DNA of 64,000 nucleotides from Bordetella parapertussis (GTDB lineage Bacteria; Pseudomonadota; Gammaproteobacteria; Burkholderiales; SG8-41): NCBI GenBank assembly GCA_945906815.1, contig CAMDRT010000023.1, positions 3,740 to 67,739 of the forward strand, read 5' to 3'. Shown piece by piece: positions 35,301 to 42,700 of this stretch (position 1 is its first letter; each line of letters starts with the position of its first letter). The notes under the pieces were generated by a model. It saw only the letters and a program-made list of their open reading frames with translations, ran no database searches and was not told where the DNA came from. The position numbers and the translations under genes were made by a program.

Positions 35301-36796
35301 CCAGCGGCGGTGGCATCCGGCTCGCAGGTCCCACGATCTCGAGCGGCGGCGGCAACATCACCATGGGTGGTGGCAACGCCAGCGGCAGCGGTTACGCCGA
35401 GGGCTCGGCAACCGGTGGTCCGATCGGGTTTCCAGAAATTAAGTATCCAGGCATCTGGCTTAACGGCCACAGCATCAATGCCGGAGGTGGCAATATCCTC
35501 CTGCGCGGCCGGGGCTGGCAGGGCGCGGACTTGAACCCCGCCGGCGACTGGTACACGATCGGCATCGACAACGTCGGGTACACCGCCAATTCGACGATCA
35601 CCACTTCGGGCAGCGGTTCCATCACCTTCGATGGCATCGGCGGCAGAAATAATCGGGACACCCACGGCGTCGGCATCAATTTTTATGCTAACGGGATGAC
35701 CAACACCATCAGCGCCGGCTCCGGGGCCATCACTCTAACTGGAACCGCAGGCACCGGCACCGCCCGCTTGCACGCCGGAATCAACGTCGATGGTGGCACC
35801 AACCACATTTATTCGAGCAGTGGCGCCATCACCCTCACCGGCATAGGCACGGGCAGCGACACCGGAATCCTGCGTTCTCTGGGCAGTTTGAACATCGGCT
35901 CCAATGACAGCGCTACACCCTCGATCACCACCAGCGGCAACATCACGCTGACCAGCGATGCGATTTTACTGGCGAGTACCACGGTGCGCGGCACCGGCAC
36001 CCTGACTGTACAGTCCCACGGCGCGAGCTTCGGCAGTGCCTTCACCTGGCCGATCAGCGGCGTGACGCTGGGCACGGGGCTCACTGGGCTGACGCTCGGC
36101 AAGGCAGGCAATCTCGCCGACATCACCATCGACAGCGCCACCAGCATCGCCGGACCGATCACGATCTATGGCGGCAACCTCGCGATCAACGCCGCATTGA
36201 CCGCCACCAGCAGCAACACCATCACGCTGACCGGTAGCGGCACGGTGAGCGATGGTGCAAGCGGCTACTTGGTCGCCGACAAACTGGCGCTGCTCGGTGG
36301 CAATGTCACGCTCGATCACGCGAGCAACGCGATCGGCACGCTGGCGGCGAGCGGCATCGGCAGCCTCAGCTACCGCGATAGCAATGCGCTTACCATCGGC
36401 ACCGTCAACCCGAGCGGCGTCACGGCCGCTGGCCCGGTCAGCATCAGCACCTTGACGGGCGACCTCACGCTGGCCCAGAACATCGCCACCACGGACGCGA
36501 GCGCTGCGGCGATCGTGCTAAACGCCGGGGTGAATACTGCTGCGGGTACCGCCACCGGCGGCAACATCGTGGTGAGCGGCAGTCCGACCCTCAGCGCCGG
36601 CTCGGGCGGACGCATCACGCTCTATACCGGCAGCGTCGCGGGTAGCACAGGGGTAAGCGCCTTGGTCGGCGCAGGTAGTGGGCGCTTCCGCTACAACAGC
36701 GACGAGACGAGCGCGGGATACACCAGCTGCGCTGGGCGCAGGGATATATGCCATCTACCGCGAGCGACCGAGCATCACCGTCACTGCGGCCGATGA
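26360..36796 (+). CDS. Filamentous-haemagglutinin-like TpsA exoprotein, N-terminal frame (TPS domain plus seven beta-helix-like modules); 3' tail is out of frame
   Basis: Signal-like RRAFLRCALAVLAVLGAGLSQTLLAAQP. TPS-domain motifs: LPVGGQVVAGAATI, TQRGAIDWQSFNVG and LNRVQSSNPSQIFGKINANGQVFLTNASGIYF. Later GGNGGKIETSG...GGLWLIDP. The start is uncertain (GTG at 26360, 26432 or 26447). The last ~23 codons are Cys/His/Arg-rich, unlike the rest. Confidence 0.9.
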   Translation: MFPGIPILNLWPFFAGSDPALEPQVIAYVRRAFLRCALAVLAVLGAGLSQTLLAAQPTAPAPAVAQLPVGGQVVAGAATIAQSISPSGATLTVTQSTQRGAIDWQSFNVGSEAQVNFKQPSAASVTLNRVQSSNPSQIFGKINANGQVFLTNASGIYFAPGASVEVGGLVATTASISNADFMAGKNNFTRNGATESKNGSVVNEGKLSASLGGYIALLAPEVRNQGVIVAQIGTVALAAGDAYDLEISGSNTLARLRVAPATINTLVENGNAVRAPGGLIILSARAAGQLQQGVVRNRGELVATGISTSGGRIVLNGDSVTLAAGSRTEARGAPASANQVATDGGRVEIEARSVQLQGVIDVSGANGGSVLIQASQSVQLDATINVRGETGAGGSVTIVAPVNSATSTAANTPANVALSIALGTAARIDAGGQTQGGAISLGTQQQSVARISLQGASLDAQTYGVASDAPAAATTGLGGEIVLAARTIEISASHINTDGISRGGRVRIAGGQMSIADPAHPLNDPTAPPSGPPRVVISAASALTSRARRGVGGSVTITGDDIALLDQTLIDASGAVGGGTVLVGGGWQGAGDLPQSRRVLMAADARINASATEQGDGGTAVLWSDVHDSASRTEAHGTILARGGADGGNGGKIETSGHAVDTAGLKVDAGAPRGSGGLWLIDPTDAVITQAVANGYAATLNTGTSVTNAVTGNIITSGSVTLTKSAGGDATLTLQATGYIALVNAASVETGSSSSTAANANPITITSTSTSNKLHVVMNPGSGGGAGGFWLPVGSSITTNGGDVTIGGGSGAAANAIGANYYSLENGAVKRGATINGTINAGGGNITIRGTGYSASGRGVSVGGTLQTSGAGTITLVGVSGSGSDGLAIGDSGVASGLNGAVTAVNGNISITGTKGSGNAINVETAGSQVTTTGSGSLSLTAGAAGGPLTVGGTLSGGSNLTLTGDAITFAAGSGTLNAIGILTVEPYSASFTSALSWPLANLTLGNSLTGLTLGKAGNTANVTISSAQTVAGPITVYGNTININADLQATASGADIRVTSTGAGSGLTNGHISLASGVDLTANNGDIVLWSNYAGITSGTANNEITLSGNNILSSGGGKIILAGGSAVDGNGNPTGYAYRGGYAGSAITLAAGTQLLSGGGDVVIRGWSAPTAGLRSYGISGTDFKINSGSGTITLDGKSNIDHAIEFASGNFAITSSNTAATAISITGTTTSSYSGILINFENNSDHSLIQTTGASGGGIVLQGINDASGNSLWLGNSDASSSLQILSNAGGISLISSGTTYIANQSVYFGNRKDATAVKGVTPTPTASSSDLLIRTKTMSYGSNAYLYANSTGTLIVEPYGNDFSSAFALDSKWTLSSNLSGLTLGKSGNTADITVSSAQSIAGPISIYGGSVALNAALTSTAAGAGISVRATTHITNASATTLTTSGGAVLLASNVDDATDNESATNGYINLRSGLTINTLGGSITLGGGDATGSGFVLGTTTHAEYTEGVRIDTTLALNSGGGNIAIRGKTSTLSNSVWGYGNAGFGVYGLTSPGTINSGTGTITIEGVNQNPSFTAYSSGIVLSLNGGHALTIASANTTANAIQLTASATGPNQDNYGMEVDFSSPLIVAATGSGGGITLSTSQKVTIGTPYDLVTRAEFSLLANSGPIRMLGGQNGGNGDGYWHKDGTAYLGSRAGSSVTSSASNITIQYDRVTFPGGNPHVATTGAVEWTPVPASASFEGAMYTEWFNWNQNGHTMSGLTIGKAGNTADITHATNAITVNGPISIYGGNVNLNANLTSTAAGTAILAKASGNVIAGGNLVTNAGNVTLWSDSDNSGAGGIQVKPNFSIDTRTSVDRSATTHTTGGGAITLAGGLDDGGTASGIAGRTSSDGKPDGYAANFAGTYSNTGVMLGASDAASGQDSNINLYSGGGDITVFGKSTSGVGGISSAIQAHQGYTINAGTGGNITLNGLSQGSTTGSLGFDLAAWRTSGNHNAPSLIRTRDGAISLIGRASSGSGENLAIAIDGDDVDRIAIEALGSGSITLDGHASGTAASALRLTGVDALAASGNISLIGRAGEIWVTSGANGLYLGTKSGSNVTASTSNILLRADSVRTTGVLNIASTGALTVEPYANSFSSTLSWPVANLTLSGLTGLTLGKSTNTTDIAISSAQNIAGPITIYGGNVNLNANLTSTAAGADILVKASGNIVSNADRTFQTNGGDLVFWSNSDAETVSGGYIQLYRNNMLDTRTAANRSNTTNTTTGGGRIVLAGGADDGANGGTASDGLPDGYALNKQTSGALQVGVALGIWDHASYDGNNLNNTLIYSGGGDIVMRGRAASTLPALNLDYQGTINSGAGTITLVGDNTGSGHGIALNSFGASGALTSITSTGGNALTPAISITGATVATSNAAGFQANYMNVVASGAGGISASGTTAASNYTGVRFVDMNLLSASGDIAVNGGSYGIYASGVSIGKKSGSAVTESSSNIRLTGDAVSFAGSTVDSTGTLTVEPSGTSFSSTLSWPISGLTLGTGATGLTLGKSGNTANVTIGSTTSIAGPITIYGGNVNLNANLSSTASGAAILVKASGNITQAASVDVSTNSGALTYWADSDNNSTGGITLSAGSSGNRTTITTTGGNIVLGGGSDPLVDSAWSSTAVQGGVYLDSYTTLDAATGAATAGDISLRGASAVTNIAQGYGTRLVSNSSLAGRNITVVGTGAANTSTNGYNFGIDLGAATLTASGDMSITGTGGTSAGAGTYNVGVYLYDTNLVGSGSGALTLTGTGGNGVGAAGHYGLWIGQSTIKSAAGTLTLVGSSPTYNDYGMFLGAYNTNPTLGAASGQSGNIVLRADKPYFNTSATSSVLGSGTLTVESSGNSFGSALTISNLTLGSGLTGLTVGKSTNTADITMSSAANIAGPITIYGGNVNLNANLNTSAGGAGGTITVVASDSINSANSAQITTAGANILFASNSDATSGGGIRLAGPTISSGGGNITMGGGNASGSGYAEGSATGGPIGFPEIKYPGIWLNGHSINAGGGNILLRGRGWQGADLNPAGDWYTIGIDNVGYTANSTITTSGSGSITFDGIGGRNNRDTHGVGINFYANGMTNTISAGSGAITLTGTAGTGTARLHAGINVDGGTNHIYSSSGAITLTGIGTGSDTGILRSLGSLNIGSNDSATPSITTSGNITLTSDAILLASTTVRGTGTLTVQSHGASFGSAFTWPISGVTLGTGLTGLTLGKAGNLADITIDSATSIAGPITIYGGNLAINAALTATSSNTITLTGSGTVSDGASGYLVADKLALLGGNVTLDHASNAIGTLAASGIGSLSYRDSNALTIGTVNPSGVTAAGPVSISTLTGDLTLAQNIATTDASAAAIVLNAGVNTAAGTATGGNIVVSGSPTLSAGSGGRITLYTGSVAGSTGVSALVGAGSGRFRYNSDETSAGYTSCAGRRDICHLPRATEHHRHCGR

Positions 36797-39700
36797 AATT
36801 AAGACTTACGGCGTGACACCCACACGCGCGCTCAGCATCAATAGCCAGAACGGCGACACCGTCGCGCAGGTTTTCTCCAGCGCGCCCAGCGTGGCAGTCG
36901 GAGGCAGTACCTCGAGCACGAGCAACTACACCGCGGGCGACCATACGCTCACGGCCTCCGGCGGCACCGGCCAGCTGGGCTACGCCATCGCCGGCTACGT
37001 CGCTGGCACATTGACGGTGAACGCCAAGGCGCTCGACATCAGCGGCAGCAGTGCGGCCAACAAGGAATACAACGGCAACACCAACGCCAGCGTCACTGCC
37101 GGCACCCTGGGCAATGTGATCGCTGGGGACACGGTGACGGTGAGCGCCAGTGGTCTGTTTGACAACAAGAATGTGGGCAGCAGCAAGACCGTGGCAGCGA
37201 GCTACAGCCTCGCTGGCATTGACGGCGGCAACTACAGTCTGGCGGCACAGAACCTCGCTGCCAACGTCACCGCCAAGCCCCTGACGGTGAGCGGCATCAC
37301 GGCTACGAACAAGACCTACGACGCCACCAGCGCAGCGACGGTGAACGTGACTGGATCGAGTTACTCCGGTCTGGTGGGTGGCGACGCCGTCACTGTCTCG
37401 GCCACAGGGGTCTTTGCTGACCGGCATGTGGGCACTGGCAAGACAGTGACACTGACCAGCAGCTATAGCGGGGCGGATGCCTCCAACTATACGATTACGG
37501 ATCAGGCCAGCACCAGCGCCACTATCACGGCAAAGGCGCTGACGATCTCGGGCCTTACGAGTGCGAACAAGCAATACGACAGGGGTACCAACGCGGCGGT
37601 CAACGGCAGCGCTGCCCTGCAGACGGCGATCAGCGCGGGCGGCGGCGCGGCCAACGATGGCAAGCCCTACAGCGGGGACACAGTGAGCTTGACGGGTACC
37701 GCCTCGGGCACCTTCAACGACAAGGACGTGCTTGATGCCAATACGGTGAGCTTCACCGGGCTCAGCCTCAGCGGTACCAACGCCTCCAACTACACGCTCA
37801 CGGTGCACGACAGTGCCGCCCACAGCATCAGCACCAAGCCTTTGACGGTGAGCTACACCGGCGTGAACCGGGTGTATGACCGCACCACCAACGCCACGGT
37901 GACGACGGCGGATGACCGGGTGACCAACGATGTGCTGACGATCAACCGCACGGCGAGCTTTGCGGACAAGGTCGTGGGCACGGGCAAAGTGGTGAGCATC
38001 GGTAGCGTGAACCTCACGGGCACGGATGCGGCGAACTACAGCGTGTCGGCGAGCGGCAGCAGCAGCGCCAACATCACTGCGCAGGCGCTCACCATCAGCG
38101 GCAGCAGTGCTGCGCACAAGGAATACAACGGCAACACCAACGCGAGCGTGACTGCCGGTACTCTGGGTCAGGTGATTGCCGGGGACACGGTAACAGTGAG
38201 CGCCAGTGGTCTGTTTGACAACAAGAATGTGGGCACCGGCAAGACGGTAGCGGCGAGCTACAGCCTCGCCGGCACCGACGCGGCCAACTACAGTCTCGCC
38301 CCAGAAAACCTCAGTGCCAACATCGGTGCCAGGACGGTGAGTTTGTCGGCCAGCCGCGTCTACGACGGCACGACGAGCCTGGGCGCAGGGGTGGTGACGC
38401 TGGGCAACCTGGTGGGCAGCGAGACGCTCACCTACAGCGGTGCTGCGGGTAACGACGCGCACGTGGCCACGGCGGCTAAGTACATCAGCGCCATCACGCT
38501 GGCCAACGGTACCAATGACGGTGTGGTGAGCAACTACCAATTGCCGGCCCTGAACAATGCCAATGCGCCGGTGACGATCACAGCCAAGACGCTCACGCCC
38601 AGCTTGAGCAACTCTGGCGTGACCAAGACCTACGATGGCGCGACCAGCGCACCGGGCGCCTACACACCGAGCTACAGCTTCAGCGGTCTGGTAGCCAACG
38701 ACACGGCGGCGAGCCTGACCCACACGGGAGCGGTCTACAACAGCAAGGATGTCGCCAGTGCCAGTGCGGTGACGGTCTCAGGGCTGGCGATAGCGAGCAT
38801 CAGCGGGACCAACAGCTCGGCGGCCAGTGACTACGTGCTTGATGCCAGCAGTAAGATGGTGGGTGCTGCGATCACGGCCAAGACGGTGAGTTTGTCGGCC
38901 AGCCGCGTCTACGACGGCACGACGAGCCTGGTTGCAGGGGTGGTGACGCTGGGCAACCTGGTGGGCAGCGAGACGCTCACCTACAGCGGTGCTGCGGCTA
39001 ACGACGCGCACGTGGCGACGGTCGGCAAGTACGTGAGCGCCATCACGCTGGCCAACGGTACCAATGACGGTGTGGCCAGCAACTACCAGTTGCCGGCCCT
39101 GAACAATGCCAATGCGCCAGTGATTATCGCAGTCAAGACGCTGACGCCCAGCGTGAGCAACTCTGGTGTGACCAAGACCTACGACGGCGCGACCAGCGCG
39201 CCGGGTGGCTACACCCCGAGCTACAGCTTCAGCGGCTTGGTCTCAGGTTACACGGGGGCGAGCCTGACCCACACGGGCAGCGTCTACAACAGCAAGGATG
39301 TTGCGAGCGCCAGTGCGGTGACGGTCTCAGGCCTGGCGATCTCGAGCATCAGCGGGACCAATAGCTCGGCGGCCAGCGACTACGTGCTTGATGCCAGCAG
39401 CAAGACGGTGACGGCGAGTATCAGTGCGAAGACTGTTGGCATCGCGGCCAGCCGCGCCTACGACGGCACGACGAGCCTGGGCGCGGGGGCGGTGACGCTG
39501 GGTAACCTGGTAGGCAGCGAGATGCTAACCTACAGCGGTGCTGCGGCTAACGACGCGCACGTGGCCACGGCAGCTAAGTACATCAGCGCCATCACGCTGA
39601 CCAACGGTACCAATGACGGTGTGGCCAGTAACTACCAGTTGCCGGTACTGAACAATGCCAATGCGCCGGTGACCATCACAGCCAAGACGCTGACGCCCAG

Positions 39701-42700
39701 CGTGAGCAACTCTGGTGTCACCAAGACCTACGACGGCGCGACTAGCGCGCCGGGTGGCTACACCCCGAGCTACAGCTTCAGCGGCTTGGTCTCAGGTGAC
39801 ACGGGGGCGAGCCTGAGCCATACAGGAGCGGTCTACAACAGCAAGGATGTTGCGAGCGCCACTACCGTGACGGTCTCGGGCCTGGCGATCTCAAGCATCA
39901 GCGGGACCAACAGCTCGGCGGCCAGCGACTACGTGCTTGATGCCAGCAGTAAGACGGTGGTGGCGAGTATCAGCGCGAAGACTGTTGGCGTCGCGGCCAG
40001 TCGTGTCTACGACGGCACCACCGCACTTGCGGGCAATGTCACCCTCACCACGGGTGTGGGCAGCGAGACGCTGACCTACACCGGTGCTGCGGCCAATGAC
40101 GCGCACGTGGCCACGGCGGCTAAGTACATCAGCGCCATCACGCTGGCCAACGGCACCAATGACGGTGTGGCGAGCAACTACCAGTTGCCGACTCTGAACA
40201 ATGCCAATGCGCCGGTGACCATCACAGCCAAGATGCTGACGCCCAGCTTGAGTAACTCTGGTGTCACCAAGACCTACGACGGCGCGACCAGCGCGCCGGG
40301 CGGTTTTACCCCGAGCTACAGCTTCAGCGGTCTGGTAGCCAACGACACGGGGGTGACGCTGACCCACACCGGCAGCGTCTATAACAGCAAGGATGTTGCG
40401 AGCGCCAGTGCGGTGACGGTCTCAGGGCTGGCGATCTCGGCCATCAGCGGGACCAATAGTTCGGCGGCCAGCGACTACGTGCTTGATGCCAGCAGCACGA
40501 CGGTGAGTGCAGCGATCACACAGAAGTCTCTTAGCGTCTCGGGCGTCACTGCTGCGGACAAGGGCTATGATGGCACGGCTGGAGCGACGGTGAGCGTTGC
40601 GGGGGCGACGTACACGGGTAAGGTGGCAAACGACGCGTTCTCGGTCGCAGCGACGGGCGTCTTTGCGGACCGGCACGCGGGTACGGGCAAGACGGTAACG
40701 CTGACGAGCAGCTACAGCGGAGCGGACGTGGGCAACTATGCGGTTACTGGTCAGGCGAACACGACGGCGACGATCAGCCCAAAGGCGCTGACGATCTCGG
40801 GTCTGAGCAGTTCGAACAAGGTGTATGACGGCGCGATCACGGCCAGCGTATCAGGCACGGCGGCGCTACAGGCGGCGATCACGGCGGGTAGTGGCGCCAC
40901 GAGCGACGGCAAGCCATACACGGGCGACATGGTCAGCCTGAGCGGCACGGCGGCGGGCAGATTTAATGACAAGAATGTGGCGGATGCCAGCACGGTGAGC
41001 TTTAGCGGTTTGAGTCTGAACGGTGTGCACGGGGGCAACTACAGCTTCACGGCCCATGCTGATGACACGAGCGCGCGCATCATGGCCAAGACGGTGAGTT
41101 TGTCGGCCAGCCGTGTCTACGACGGCACGACGAGCCTGGGCGTGGGGGCGGTGACGCTGGGTAACCTGGTAGGCAGCGAGACGCTCACCTACAGCGGTGC
41201 TGCGGCTAACGACGCGCACGTGGCGACGGTCGGTAAGTACGTGAGCGCCATCACGCTGGCCAACGGTACCAATGACGGTGTGGCGAGCAACTACCAGTTG
41301 CCGGCGCTGAACAACGCCAATGCGCCAGTGACGATCACAGCCAAGGCCTTGATGATCTCGGGCGTATTGAGTGCGGACAAGGTGTACGACGGCACGGTCG
41401 GGGCGACGGTGAGCGTGGCTGGCGCGCGCTACGCGGGGCTGGTGGTGGGGGATGCGGTTAGCGTCTCTGCCACAGGAACCTTTGCTGACCGTCATGTGGG
41501 TGCAGGCAAGACCGTGTCGCTCACGAGCAGCTATAGCGGTGCGGACGTGGGCAACTATGCGATCACGGGCCAGACGAACGCGACGGCAACGATCAACCAG
41601 AAAGCGCTGACGATTGCAGCACCTGCGATTGCCAACAAGGTCTACAACGCCAACGCGGCATCCGGTGCGCTGACGGTCGGCACGTTGAGCGGCTTTGTGG
41701 GGTCGGAGACGGTGACTGCGAGTGGTGCTGCGGCGGACCTGAGCAGTGCCAACGCGGGTAGCTACACGAGCACGGTGAGCTACAGTCTGGCTGACGGTAC
41801 CAACAGTGGCCTCGCGGCGAACTACAGTCTGGCGAATACGACGAACGTGGCGGCGGTCATTACACCAAAGGCGCTGACGATTGCGGTACCTGCGATTGCC
41901 AACAAGGCCTACAACGCCAACGCGGCATCCGGTGTGCTGACGATCGGCACGTTGAGCGGCTTTGTGGGGTCGGAGACGGTGACGGCCAGTGGTACTGCGA
42001 CCGCATTGAGCAGCGCCAACGCGGCCAGCTACACCACCACGGTGGGCTACAGCCTGGCCGATGGCACCAACAGTGGCCTGGCGGCGAACTACAGCCTCGC
42101 CAATACGACGGGTGTGGCCTCGGTCATCACGAAAAAGCCGCTCACCATCACCGCGCCGACGATTGCCAACAAGGTCTACAACGCGAGCACGGCAGCCGGT
42201 GTGCTGACGATCGGTACACTCAGCGGCTTCGTCAACTCGGAGACGGTGACGGCGAGCGGATCAGCGGCAGTGCTGAGCAGTGCCAACGCGGGCAGCTACA
42301 CGAGCACGGTGAGCTACAGTCTGGCCGACGGCAGTGGGCTGGCTGCGAACTACAGTCTGGCCAATACGACGGGTGTGGCCTCGGTCATTACACCAAAGGC
42401 GTTGACGATTGCGGGGCTGTTGAGTGCGGACAAGGTGTACGACGGCACGGTTGGGGCGACGGTGAGCGTGGCTGGCGCGCGCTACGCGGGGCTGGTGGCG
42501 GGGGATGCGGTTAGCGTCTCTGCCACAGGAGCCTTTGCTGACCGTCATGTGGGCGCAGGCAAGACCGTGTCCCTCACGAGCAGCTATAGCGGTGCGGACG
42601 TGGGCAACTATGCGATCACGGGCCAGACGAATACGACGGCAACGATCAGTCAGAAAGCGCTGACGATCTCGGGTCTGTCGAGCGCGGACAAAGTGTACGA

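Noticed and set aside
36657-36796. Programmed ribosomal frameshifting as the explanation for the two overlapping tpsA frames.
   Set aside because: A +1 shift is required. I see no slippery heptamer, rare-codon or stop-codon pause, upstream SD-like stimulator or downstream structure at the junction. A mutation or sequence error is more economical. This stays open until reads or orthologs are checked.
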